A stretch of DNA of 64,000 nt from Podospora anserina (taxonomy: Eukaryota): contig CM030336.1 of NCBI GenBank assembly GCA_017654855.1, positions 310,001-374,000 on the forward strand. Direction: 5' to 3'. The position numbers and the translations under genes were made by a program. Below the pieces are notes generated by a model. That model had not been told where the DNA came from. It saw only the letters and a list, made by a program, of their open reading frames with translations, and did not search any database. Shown piece after piece: positions 36,238-48,919 of this stretch. Positions within the stretch are counted from its first letter, which is position 1. Each line of letters opens with the position of its first letter.

Positions 36238-36870
36238 TGTTAATGTGTGGGTACTACTAAGTGCCCTACTTACTGCCTTACAGATTGATATTACAGTGGG
36301 CAGTACTGCTATAAGCAGTAATGGAACTTCCCGGCTTGGATCCCTTTAGAATGTTCTTTACAAGGGACCCTTGAAGGCTTACAGGGCTACTGTGGCCTAA
36401 GGCTTAGTCAACAGGATACTGGAACCTTCTAAAGTGGCTACAGGCTTACGTAGTAAGTCGCTACAATGGCATGATTTACAGGGCACCTCTGCTGCCGAAG
36501 GTTCTATGGATTTCCGTGAGTCTACACTAGACCCACCTAAGCCCACCAAATACCCCAAAGTGGTATAGGGGCTTCCAGGGCCTACAGGACCCACAGTAGG
36601 CTTACGAAGGCCTATATATAGACCTCTCCTCTCTCCTGTAGAATAGTTTTCTTTCTTTCCTTAAGGGTAAAAGCTTAAGGCTAAGGCCAAAGGCCAAGGC
36701 CAAGGGTAATAAAGGTAATTCTTATTCCTTATACCTTACTGTATTATAGTGCTTTACTTTCCTTCGGCACTGCCGTCGTATCCTCCAGCTTCCGCTTGCG
36801 TACTGCTGTATTTTACAGTAACCCTGTATAGGTTCTATATTATAGGCCTATCAGGGCTTACTAGCTAATA
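36238..36870 (+). repeat. 5' LTR of the copia element (633 bp)
   Basis: TGTTAA...CTAATA with the terminal CA mutated to TA; direct repeat of 42066-42698. Confidence 0.95.
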
Positions 36871-36939
36871 GGTTATGAGCCCGGGCAACTACCTAGCCCG
36901 GAATCTAGCTTACTTGTGCGCTTCCAGTCGACGTACCTA

Positions 36940-37232
36940 CAGCACTGTACTATAGGCTGTACGGCTTCTTACTAAGAAGCCTTTTCCAGTGGAATTAGCG
37001 CTGTACTATAGGCTTTACTACTGCTGTGATTATAACTCTGGCCAATACTTTTAGGCCAATTTACAGCACTGTACTATAGGCTGTATAGCTTCTTACTAAG
37101 AAGCTTCTTTAGTGGAATTAGTGCTGTACTATAGACTTTCTACTGTTGTGACTATAACCTTAGGCCAATACCTTTAGGCTAATCGTCGACTTATAGCACT
37201 GTACTACAGGCTGTACGGCTTCCGAGAAGCCT
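36940..37232 (+). repeat. ~123 bp tandem repeat (about 2.3 copies) in the retrotransposon 5' leader
   Basis: A unit beginning acagcactgtactataggctgtacggcttc recurs at about 36940, 37063 and 37192. Confidence 0.8.
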
Positions 37233-39026
37233 ACTTATTAACCTATACGGTTATTTTTACTAAGTCCTCGCCTTTACTATGGCTAACTAGCCTATGGATT
37301 AAGACTAGTTAGGTGTTATAGAGGCTACTAGCCCTATGGTACAGGCCTTATAGGCCCGTATCGACACCATTGAGGATAGGCTTCGGCAGGTTATATTATT
37401 GCTTGAAGCTTAGGCTATTAAATAGCTAGTAGCTGTACCGGCTACCTACATTACCGAGCCTCCCGTGGCTCTAGCTGCTTTAGTACCTTTAGTACTTATT
37501 ACAGAGCCTTTTATAGCGACCTTTAGCACACTTATTACAAAAGAGCTCGCTAAATAGTCTTTAAACCTCGCTAAATAACAGCGCTTTTCAGGACCCGATA
37601 ACTACTAATAGTGGTACTAAGCTATTTCTATATAATTTAGGGCCTTTAGAATACTTAAATTTCTAGAAAATCCTAATTCGGTAAACGCCCGGCTTTCCGA
37701 CCTACAGAAGGCAGCCCTGCTATTGACCCTCAGAAATACACTAAAGGAAGGCCCGTTATCCACTATAGCCTTCGAAACCGACTCCGTTGTGGCCTATAAG
37801 CGCCTTCGCTTACAGTACGCTCCGGCGCAGCTTACCCTCCGAGACGAGCTATATAAGGCCTACCACTACTTGCAGTTCGATAGGTTTATACCTATCGTGG
37901 ATTTTAACGCCTAATTTAATACTTACGTAAGTAGGCTCGGGGCTTTAGGCGTTAAAATAGCCTAAATCGATTAACTAAACCACTATTTTAACGTACTGGA
38001 AAACTATTTTCCATAGTGGGCCGAGCGCTGTAAAGGCCTACTTCGGTAGGAGTAATGGCTCTACTATATAGAAGGCAAGCCTACTAGGCTAAGCCTTTTA
38101 TATTTCTAGGAAAACCTTTTAGCCGAAACCCGTAATTCGGTTACTTTCACTGCTTACTAATTATAGGCCCTACAGGCTACCTATAAGCCTGTTAGTAGCG
38201 AAAAGAAGCCTAACTTTTAGGCTTCTTAAGCTTACCGGTCCTTACTAAATAAGGACCAAAAGCCCTATAAAAAATAGGGCAATAAGCAGTGGAAGAAAGG
38301 CTTGAAAAAGGACGACCGCTGTAACGACCGCTATAACGGCCGCAAAGACGGCCGTAAGGATAGTCGTAAAGACGACCGTAAGGACTAAAAGGACCTACCC
38401 GCTACCGAGGCCTTTACTATAGGCTACGACCTTAACTCAGGCACTGTATTTGGAAGTAATATAACTGAGGAATATAGCGACCTAGGGCCTGATCCTCCCG
38501 AAGAACTGGCTAAATTTAGCTACTTAACCGCTATACTACGTACTTAGTGGCTCTTCGATATAGGCTCTATAGTGCATATCTATAATAATAAAGCTTTATT
38601 TACTAACCTACAGTTCTCTTTTTCCCTAGGCTATATTGATATAGGCGGTGGCCCAGTTAAGCTATAAGGTAAAGGCACTATAGAAGTTGAATTTTTTAGT
38701 GGTTTTGAGGGTAAAAAAGCGGTATATACTACTATAGCCTTTAAGGAAACCTTTTATATTCCAGACTTTCTACTAAATATAGTTAGTAGTTACAGGCTCT
38801 ACGCCTCCGGTGGGACCCTTCTTAAGGACCGCCTATATTCGGCTTCCAGGAAGCTACTGGCCCTCCTTAACTTTAAGAAAAATGGGTTCTTTTTTACTAC
38901 TAAAACCACGGTTCCAGCTAAAATAGAGCATTTAACGCTATAAGTATACGGCTCTATTTGGTGCTACAGCACTGAAGATAGCGATTTAGACCCTAAATTA
39001 ACTACTATTACGCTTGAATTTCTAGC

Positions 39027-39125
39027 TATTATAGCGCTTACTATAGCGCTTACTACAGTGCTTACTATAGCGCTTACTACAGTGCTTACCACAGCGCCTA
39101 TTACAGCGCCTATTACAGCGCCTAA
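39027..39125 (+). repeat. 12 bp tandem minisatellite inside copia pol, between protease and integrase
   Basis: (tactatagcgct/tactacagtgct/attacagcgcct)n, about 8 degenerate copies. Confidence 0.75.
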
Positions 39126-42065
39126 ACCAATTACCACTACGGCGCCTACCCCTCGCCGTATAGGGCATTCGCCCTACTAACGTAACCAAGCGTTGATTTA
39201 GGCTGCAAGACTCTGGCACGTTCGATTAGGTTATATAGGCCTAGACCTTCTGAAGAAAACTGCCCTAATTACTAAGGGCATACCTAATTTATAGAAGGTA
39301 CAGCCTATAGATCTGACCTGTAAGAGCTGTGACGCAGCTAAATTACTGCGTAAACCTTTTAAAAGGCCTGTAACGGACCCACCGTATGCGCTAAGTTAAA
39401 TAGAAGGGGATATGTTTATGATTCGACCTACCCCACTAAACAGCAGGCCTTACGGGCTTATTTTAGTGGACCGTAAGACCCGGTATAGGCTTGTTAGGCT
39501 CCTAAAAACTAAGGACGAAGTCGCTATAGAGGCTCGCTCCGCTATAAAGAGCCTATATAATACTTATAAGCGGTACCCGGCATAATTCTACTACGACGGG
39601 GGCAAGGAAATTCGAAGGCTATTGCCTTACCTTACTGAAAAAGGTATAACCTTTAGTAAGTTTAGCCTATACGCCCACTACTAAAACAGCTTAACCGAGC
39701 GCTTTATTCGGGTAATTTTAGAGCGTTTACGGGCTACTATAGTAGCCTCTGGCCTACCACTTACCCTTTGGTGCTACGTAATTAGCTCTATTGTAGATAT
39801 TATTAACCGTATAGCTACTTCCACTAAGGAATTTACGCCCCACTAATTATTTCTTAACGAATTGGTGCCCTTATAGGCCCCTTACGTCCCTGACCTCGGA
39901 CCTTACAGGGCTATAGGCGCTGAAGTTCTAGTATTTATACCGCCTGAAAAACGTATTACCGTAAGGAAGCTAGAACCTAAAGCTATTAAAGGTAAGCTTC
40001 TAGCCGTACTAGGCAATAATACTTATTTGGTGTGGCTAAGCCACCGGTAAGTAATTTAAATGCTATTCGTTAAACTGTACGAAGATTATAGGCCTTATTT
40101 AGAAGGACCTATAGCCTCTATATCGCAACTAAGGCTTCCAGAACTGGAAGATATCGAGCCTTTAAAAGGGGAACCCCCTATAATTATAGAAGGGGCACTT
40201 ACTATAATAGTACTTCCTAGGCCTATACTTACGGCAATAGTACCTCTAAAGCCTACCAATATCGAAGTACTACTTCCGTAGGCTACTAAGCTACAAAAAG
40301 AGGAATTCGAAGTAATAAATAACGATACTATAGATACTATTGCTCTAGTGAATTATTTTATTAACCAGGCTGCTACGGCTATCACTTACAGCACTGCTTT
40401 TATTGGCATAGAACCTAGGACCTTTAAATAGGCCCTAAAGCACCCACTAAAGGACCAGTGGCTACAGGCCTCCTTTAGTGAGCTACAGTAGTTACTTAAT
40501 TCCAAAACCTTTTACTTTATTAACCGCTTATAGGCTCCAAAAAGGCCTATTACTAGCCGATGGGTCTATAAGGCCAAAAAGGACTTATAGGGCCAAATTA
40601 TTAAATTTAAGGCCCGGCTAGTAGTTAGAGGCTTCTAATAGGTGCCCGGAACCGACTTTACCGAGACCTTTATAGCCACTATAGTACTACCTCCTACTTA
40701 GCGGGTTTTACTGGCTATTGCAGCCGAAGAAGACCTAGAAATTAAGTAAATAGATTTCGTTGGGGCTTTTCTTAACGCTGGTGTGGACTCCGATATATAT
40801 ATAGAAGTCCCTAAAAGCCTATACGAATATAGCTTTAGTAGCTAAACCGCTATAGACCTTCTGAAACAACATTGCTGGGACCCTTCGAAGGACCAAGTCA
40901 TAGTACTAAAAAGGTCCCTATACGGCCTAAAATAGGCCCCCCACCTATAGCAATAAAAGGTTACGGCACTAGCTAAAACCCTAGGCTATAGTCCACTAGT
41001 TTCAGACTCGGCTACCTACTATAACCCTTACAAAGGTATCTTTATAGTGAGCCACGTCGACGACTGCCTACTGATTGGACCTTTTATTATAGATATTTAG
41101 GCCCTGAAGCTATAGTTAGCTTAGGCTTACGATATAGAGGACTTAGGCCCTGCTAAGTTCTTTCTCGGGGTTTAAATTGAAAGAAATAGGCGTAAAAGGC
41201 TACTTTGGCTCTACTAAAAGGCCTATATCCAAGAGGCTGTTAAGCACTTCGAAGTTAGCACTTACGCACCTACCTTACCGCTCTCTCCAGGCCTTATAGG
41301 CCCCGAAACTCCCTCTGATCCACTAAATAAGGCCGACACTAAGCTATACTAGAGCCTACTAGGCACCACTACCTACCCGATGACCTAAACCCGGGCCGAT
41401 ATTACCTACTCCGTTCAGTGGCTTTCACGGCACCTACAAGCACCTAAGGTAGCCCACCTAAAAGCAGCTAAAAAGCTGCTAAGCTACCTATATGGCACGA
41501 TGGACCTAGCTATACAGTTAGGAGGTACGGGTAGTATTAAGCCTATAGGCTATACCGATAGCGATTTCGCTAGCTGTAAAACTACTGCTCGGTCTATTTA
41601 CAGCTACTTATTTTTAGTAGGAGGTGGCTTTGTAAGCTGGAAATCTAAATGAGCGCCTACGGTTGCTTACAGCACCCTCGAGGCCGAATATACGGCCTTA
41701 ATCGAAGGTAACCGGGAAGCCCTGTGGCTTAGAGGGCTATACAGTGAAATTTAGCGCTCTCTAAAGAGCCCTACCCCCCTAAAGTACGATAACCAAAGTG
41801 CTATAAAGACAGCCCATAACCCGAAGCACTATAACCGTACTAAGCATACGCTCCTTAAATTCCAGGGCGTTAGGGAGAGCGTTACAGAAAGAAATATCAC
41901 TATATCCTTTATACCTATAAAGGATATGGCAGCCGACGGCCTAATAAAGGCCCTACTAGTACCTAAGTTCCAGCGCTTTTTAGAGCTAATGAACTACCGG
42001 AAGCCTAATACTTATAAGGGCCCTACGGCCTAGTAAGTAGGCACCCAGCACTCCCATAGAAGGGG

Positions 42066-42698
42066 TGTTAATATGTGGGTATTACTAAGTGCCTTACTTA
42101 CTGCCCTACAGATTGATATTATAGTGGGCAGTACTGCTATAAGTAGTAATGGAATTTCCCGGCTTGGATCCCTTTAGAATGTTCTTTACAAGGGACCCTT
42201 AAAGGCTTACAGGGCTACTGTGGCCTAAGGCTTAGTTAATAAGATACTAGAACTTTCTAAAGTGGCTATAGGCTTACGTAGTAAGTCGCTATAATAGCAT
42301 GATTTATAGGGCACCTCTGCTGCCGAAGGTTCTATGGATTTCCGTGAGTCTACACTAGACCCACCTAAGCCCACTAAATACCTTAAAGTGGTATAGGGGC
42401 TTCCAGGGCCTACAGGACCCACAGTAGGCTTACGAAGGCCTATATATAGACCTCTCCTCTCTCCTGTAGAATAGATTTCTTTCTTTCCTTAAGGGTAAAA
42501 GCTTAAGGCTAAGGCCAAAGGCTAAGGCCAAGGGTAATAAAGGCAATTCTTATTCCTTATACCTTACTGTATTACAGTGCTTTACCTTCTTTCGGCACTG
42601 CCGTCGTATCCTCTAGCTTCCGCTTGCGCACTGCTGTATTTTATAGTAACCCTGTATAGGTTCTATATTATAGGCCTATCAGGGCTTACTAGCTAACA
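42066..42698 (+). repeat. 3' LTR of the copia element (633 bp)
   Basis: TGTTAA...CTAACA, followed by TSD AAATT. Confidence 0.95.
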
Positions 42699-42992
42699 AA
42701 ATTAAATTATTTTATTATTTATTATTTTAATTAAATAATATTATTTTATTAATTAATATTAAAAATATATTTTTTTAGCTATTTAACGTATTATAATAAT
42801 TAATAATAATTAAATTATTAATAAAAAATATATAAATTAAATTTAATACTTTAATTTTTATATAGTATTTCGTACGAAAAATAAATATTAATTATTAATT
42901 TTTAACGGCTACGAGAGCTATTACTCCGAAGAATTCGAAACTTATTATTAGAAATATAATATTATTATATTATATATATTTCCGTACTTCTC

Positions 42993-43412
42993 TGTGACGA
43001 ACCCCTGTACAGAACCTCTGAAAGGGATACGGGTTGAAGGTAACTTCTGACAATTAGTTCGGTGTAGCTAAATAGTGCACAACAAGATGTCTCGATGTAA
43101 ACACAAGATGCCGTGAATACAAGCTTGAATTGCATACTGCGGAACTGTCTATCTACACCAGCCAGTTCCTCCGTATATATAGACCTCGTGCCAAGCCCTG
43201 ATCATAGTGATCATTCCGCTCGTTCCCAATGATCACAATGATCGCTATGATCCTCCGTGGCTCCCTATTGGTTGTGTTGCCGCGATCACTTTGTCTTCCC
43301 AGTCTGCTGTCCATGATCGCGTATCCTTGTCCTGATTGGTCCTGCTAGCGATTGGCTGTGCGTCTTGTGCCCCGCACACGGTCCGTCCTGCCTGTTTGGC
43401 TTAACTGTGACA
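42993..43412 (-). mobile_element. Solo LTR (420 bp) of a second retrotransposon family, not visibly RIPed
   Basis: TGT...ACA termini with 5 bp TSD TTCTC (42988-42992 and 43413-43417). Balanced GC and abundant CA/TG dinucleotides inside an AT-rich host. The minus strand reads CCAAT three times and then TATATA, which suggests orientation. Confidence 0.88.
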
Positions 43413-44220
43413 TTCTCCTATATATTTTAATTATTAAATATTAATTATTTTATATTATTAAAAAGGATATATAGTTATTAAACTAAATAATTAATATAAA
43501 TAAATATTATATATATTAATAAATTAAAGTTTTTTTATATATTTAAAGAAATATTTTTTATTTCGATTATAAAAAAAAATATTTAAAGAGATTTTATTAA
43601 AGCTAGCTTTATATTATATAATTTAAAAAAAATAATATTTAAATTAAATATATATATTCGGACCCTAATACCCTTAACCTTAAACCTAATTACGGTACTA
43701 CCTTAAATCTCTTAAACGTTATATAACCTTTAAAAGGTTACTTTATAATTAACGTTTATTAAAACTCGAATTTTTAATTATTAAAATAGCTTTCTAACCT
43801 TAATACTAACCGCTATAAACTAATTTACTAAAGGAATAATAAATATAATATACGAGGTGGCTCTTCTCCGTATAAAGGTCTTTTCGCTACGCAAGGCTAA
43901 TAAGGAGCTTAGTAAGAGACGGAGAGCTAAAAAAACATGTGTGCGGCTTAGAGGGTCACTTACTATATAAGAGGTATAGGATCTACTAGATCAAAAGGCT
44001 ATAGGTGAGCAGGTAGCCCAGGAAATACGATAAAGTGGTGGTGGTGCAGGGGGGTCTCGTACGAAGATTCGGTGCTGTAGCGTGTGCGGTAAGCCTGGCC
44101 ATAATGCACGTATATGCCAGGAGGCTACAGAATCATCTGATTCATCTATTTCTAGTTCAGTTATCGTTGTTTCCTAGTGTTATGGTTATGTAATTGAGGA
44201 TAGCTGTGGTAGGGTGGTAG

Positions 44221-44266
44221 AAAGTGCGGCGCTCGCTTGTCTGCGGCGCTCGCTTATCATGCACGT
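44221..44266 (-). repeat. Right terminal inverted repeat of the DNA transposon
   Basis: The reverse complement matches the left TIR with two C/T differences; followed by TA at 44267-44268. Confidence 0.95.
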
Positions 44267-45514
44267 TATGCTAAACAATAAAATAGGCAAGCATGCTAGT
44301 CGTCGGTTGTACGTTTGACTTGGCTGCATCTTGAGAGCCTCGACTGGTTGAGGCGTTCCCAAAGTCTAAATCAACTAAACTCCGCCCAAGTTTCGTAATG
44401 ACTCGGGGTTCCGGCAAGGGGTGTTCGGTGTGCAGATTGAGTCAAGAGCCCACCGAGGTTACCAAAAACGGTATGTAGATAGTGCGAGTGGGACAACACC
44501 TGCTGCTTCTAATTTCTGGGTTGACAGATGTCAGGCACGCAACACCTCGTACTTCTCGCATTTCAGGTTGCTTGCACCTCCTCGCACTGCTGCACGTCTT
44601 GAACATCTCCCTGTGATGAGCGGTAAGTTTTGCTCCTGAATCAGCTTCCACCTCGGTCTTAAACTGCAGATCCAAGCTCATTTCTCCGCCGGCACATGGA
44701 AAAGCGTTTCTTGGTATCTGGTCAGCGGCTGTAGATGAATCTTTCAAACTCCGGGTAGCGGTGGTGTAACCTTCCCAGTGGTGGGCCGTATGTCTCAAAT
44801 CAACGGTAACAACGCAGTCGTAATTGCTGCATTTGATCTGCTCAGCCTCCTTGGTCCGGGTCCGGATAACACCGTCCACTTCCACACTTGGTGCTGACCA
44901 CCTCACCCAAACTCGGAAGCTGATATTTGGTGTATAGACTGCAGTGCGACCGAGAATTTGTTTCCCCGGCTGTTTGTGGGCTCATTCGCGCGTTCGTACT
45001 GTGGGACCTAATGAAGCCATTGTGTTTCAAATACCCAGATCCCGGCCCCCCGAGTATAACTGTCCTACGTGGATGCATAGCTAGGTAGGCAGGCATGCAT
45101 GCTGGTACTTTAAGGCACATAGGATTGACCCTTGCAGGCTGGTACCCAACGATCGACAAAATCGAATGCTGGATTCTCAATGTACAGTACGATTCCCAGG
45201 GCTGAGGTGGTGACAGGCCGTTCCCGTCCCTCGTGGCGACAGCTCAAGGTAGGGATGCAAAAAGCCGGGAGGTGTGCGACCGACTTAGACCCGCGATGAT
45301 GGCTGTGGGGGTCCTGGACCTGGGACAACGTACATGCGGGCAGGCCCCGTATGCCTGCAGTATTGTTGATCATCATGTTGTATGGTATAATAGCTTGAGA
45401 GTCTCCCATCCACATGCATTGCTGTTGCTGGGTGTTGTTAATTCCTGCGAAGTGATCAGCGTGCCAGCCTACTAAATTTCCCGGTGCCAGACCTATACCT
45501 CAGCAAAGCAAACA

Positions 45515-47079
45515 ATGTTTGGTACATTAAACGTAGCGCATGATGTTCGGCAACAGACACCGTTAAAGTTTGTGGAGAACAGAGATCTATCATCGGCACT
45601 GAGCCGAAACAGTCGAGAGAAACCTCATGTCTCCTGTGAGTTTTGCAGATCGAGAAAAGTACGTGGAGCACCCCCCTTGTCGATCCCGATGAAGTATCGA
45701 GGCTCACAAAGTTATGCAGGTTCGATGCAGTGGTCAGCCCTCGGGTTGTAATCGATGCCAGGCTGTAGGAACCCAGTGCAGGTACCCTCCGCGTGAGCCA
45801 CGACGGAAGAACCGAGCCGGAACTGGTGGTGACAAGACTGGCACCGACACCCAGTCCCAAAAGCCAAAGTCAGATTCAAAGCCGTCGAATGAGCAGGATC
45901 AGGGTCTAAAGTTCAGCAAACGCGGAACATCTGAAGAGGGAGACGGGTCAGCGCCAGGAGTCGACCCGCAACTTTTGGATCAAGAGATGAAGAGTAATAG
46001 TTACTGGTACCAAGAGTTTGGCGGTCATGGTCTGGCTACTCCCATCTCACCGCACTCTGGTGAAGAGCAAGGCAGTAATGACAGACTGGACGACTGGTTG
46101 GACACCAACGGCATTTTGGAGTCAGAATTTCCCTCGATCCCGGGAAGGGTGGACGATTTCCACCATTTCAATACCGACATGCTGAACTTTGGCACTGTGG
46201 ATGGTGGGAATGACAATTATTTCAATGGTGAGTTGTTCCTTCGTTTTGTCTGCCATCGCCTCGTCGTTAGCATAAAAGTTCTGACCGATCTGTGCAGCCC
46301 TTAGACAATCAGCACCTACAACTCCGGCTCTTGTGAACTTCCCGGATCATATGGTCCTGTTCGAGGCCCCGGCCTCAATTCCTGAAAGAAATCCATCCAA
46401 CAAGAATGCTTCCAACCACCAGGAAACGCTCAGGCATCTATCACCATTGTCATCATGCCCATCGAGCCACAATCCTGCCACCCCATCGACTGCCGAAGAT
46501 ACACAGATGGCGAATATGGCCGAGTTATCCGTGACGAGCGGCTCCTGTGGTTGTCTCCAGCTCGCAGCATGTCTCCTTGAGGAGCTGGGTACAAAAGCGG
46601 CGGCAGGTGACCGTGACCGTGTTCGGATGGATGTCTTGTTGGGCGACTTCCGCGATGCACTCACACAATGCACTGACATTCTTGATTGTGAGCGCTGTGT
46701 TGAGGCACGGGAAATCAACATGCTCTTGGCCATGTCTGCAAAATACACGAGCACAATGTGCCAACGATTGGCAGTATGTTATGCAGAGCTCAAGCGAGCT
46801 CGGGGCTCGGAGAAAGATGGTGGGGGAGTGGGGGACTTGAGGTTCTCGACGTACCAGATCGAAAGTCTCAAGGAGCAAGTCGAGGTGCTTGGCTGTCTTG
46901 TGATGGTCCAGATAGACGACTTTGCGCAGATAATCGCGAGGTTGAAGACACGCCCGGGCATTCGGAAGGGACACTTGACGCTGCTGGCGGAGGCGAGGAA
47001 CAAGGTCAACGCCTTGCAAGTCTTGTTCCGTGGAAGACAGGATAGTTCGTTTGTGAACAGTGTAAATAATATGTATTAG
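45515..47079 (+). CDS. Zn(II)2Cys6 pathway-specific transcription factor
   Basis: SCEFCRSRK|VRCSGQPSGCNRCQAVGTQCRYP across intron 45659-45719; second intron 46228-46297. The C-terminal CGCLQ...CERC region resembles AflR-like cluster regulators. Confidence 0.9.
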
Positions 47080-47553
47080 AGCAGATACCTATCAACGACG
47101 TGGTCTTGCTGCGATGGAAATGTGTTGTTGTTGACCGGTAGCCGACCAGCATCTTTGTCCCGCTCTGCCTGGTGGGTGATTGGTTCTCTCCCAAAACACC
47201 GCACCTTTCGCTGAGTTTTCAGTTTGTTGCCTGAAAATTAATGAACAAATCACGTCATGTTCCTGTCAACTTCTTGCACGAGCTAAAATGCTGCGAATCA
47301 TGGAGAATTTCGACAGGATTGAGAAAGGCTCGGGTGTCAAAACAGCTTGAGGGAGCGTCACAACCGAGGTACGTTATATGTCAAGGTCATCCAAGGGCCC
47401 AAAGAATATCCAACATCTAAAACTAATTCTTGATCTTGTAACTCTATATCATCTACATGTCTAGGTTATATCTAACACAAAATCCACTAGCTTTCTGTCT
47501 ACTGTCCAAAGCTTTACATAAAAGAAGTGTTTATACAGGACCAACCCCCCCGA

Positions 47554-48448
47554 CTAAAGATTCCAGTGCGCAAAACGATCGCTCATCCCAATAGCCCAGT
47601 CCAAAGCCCTGATCACCTCCTTCACCTCGCTCGGCTTCTGTGGTGGCTGGTGGCCACCGCTGTGCACCATCTTCTTCGCCAACTTGGGCTCACAAACAGC
47701 ATACGCCACGTCCGACATGGCCCTCATGAAGCTGTAGTCCTTTTTTCCCGCGACATGAACAGTCGGGATCCAGATCTTCTGCTTGACGAACGAAGGGTGC
47801 ATAATCCTTGGCGCTAATGACGGATCACCCCCGGCCTCATAGATGCTAAGGTCAATATCCGGCAAGAGGGCATTGTTTTTTCTGGCCTCTCCCACAGTGC
47901 GATCGAGAAGCTCGACAAAGACACGCTGCTCCTGATCGACTGCTGAAGGATCCGTTTGATCGCAGAGACTTTGGATAACCTCCTCACAGACACCGACATC
48001 GGCGGAGCAGGGGATGACAGACGACATGATCAAGGCGAACTTGAAAGGGCGGAGTTCATTCTGCGTTTGCTTTCTGTGGAGGTAGGAGAGGGCGAGGGCA
48101 CCGCCTTGGCTGAAGCCGAGGATGCCATCAAAGGGACCGAGGTCGTCAATTGTCCTGTCGAGGTGCTCATGGGCTTCGATCATTTGTTCTGGTGAGTAGC
48201 CAGCCGTGTGGGAGAAGAAGGGACCATCGAAGGCGGCCATGCCTGTTGATTGCAATGTTAGTTTTCCGCTACTAAACTCAAGTACTTGTGGTTGATCTGA
48301 AGCACTTACCAGGACCTTGCTCGCAAGGGAAAGGCCCATCCACAAAGACAAAGTCAAAGCTTGGATCGACTGCCTTGAGAAATGGCCGGAGCTGGGCCTC
48401 CAACATCTTCCCCGAGCTGCCTACTCCGTGGAGACACAACACACGCAT
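47554..48448 (-). CDS. FSH1/LovG-type serine hydrolase (putative polyketide-releasing esterase)
   Basis: MRVLCLHGVGSS, GPFDGILGFSQGG, IPTVHVAGKKD and HSGGHQPP give an intact Ser-Asp-His triad. Intron 48243-48309; divergent from the PKS. Confidence 0.92.
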
Positions 48449-48919
48449 GGTAAAGGTTGGTAAGAATGATACACCAAGGAAATGCAACAAACCGTTCAAG
48501 TTGAACGTTGGAAAGTAAACAACAGAGACTGAAAAGAAATATGAACAGGGCTGACTGAATGGGGAACATGCATACAGATAGCCCGTCGAAGAATGCTCGC
48601 TTGAGGGCTCTGCGTACCTGCTGCCCATTACCCCATTTGGCCCTCTCCGTCACACAGCCACACGGACTTAATGTCGGACAGCCAAGCCTCACTCGCGATA
48701 ACACTGCATCAACTCGGTCCGTAACACTTACAGACGGATGGACTGACGATCACTTTTCACACAGAGTCGCACAGTACTGTCTGGATATGCCTTCGTGATG
48801 GGAGCAAGACTTTACAAAACGACTTCATTGTCTCCCCATGGTCCGTCTTGAATGACCAGGATCCTACAGAGTTAGAGCAGGTATCAGAAGACAAACAGAA
48901 AAAGCTTCAGCCCGCAGCA

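Larger units (their letters stand above)
36238..42698 (+). mobile_element. Full-length Ty1/copia LTR retrotransposon, RIP-inactivated
   Basis: Two 633 bp LTRs, AAATT TSD (36233-36237 and 42699-42703), PBS GGTTATGAGCCC at 36871 and PPT AGAAGGGG before 42066. Degenerate pol motifs are in copia order: PR WLFDIGS (~38548), LWHVRLG (~39212), IN YDGGKE (~39592), RT SRWVYK/FKARLV/SLYGLK/HVDD, RNaseH GYTDSDFA/EAEY/ADGL. Confidence 0.96.
35515..44266 (+). mobile_element. Fot1/Pot2 (pogo, Tc1-mariner superfamily) DNA transposon, heavily RIP-mutated, carrying two nested LTR insertions
   Basis: 46 bp TIRs (35515-35560 and 44221-44266) starting ACGT and flanked by TA on both sides. Transposase start MSSTSNEARVILAAKAI at 35613 and C-terminal CSVCGKPGHNARIC knuckle at about 44075. 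Length is 1861 bp after removing the insertions and one copy of each TSD. Confidence 0.95.

Noticed and set aside
36940-39125. Repeat arrays as CRISPR-like loci
   Set aside because: They are tandem repeats without unique spacers inside a eukaryotic retrotransposon, and there are no cas genes.
44442-44906. 154-codon minus-strand ORF beside the right TIR
   Set aside because: Non-ATG start and no family motif recognised; possibly a relic, but unsupported.
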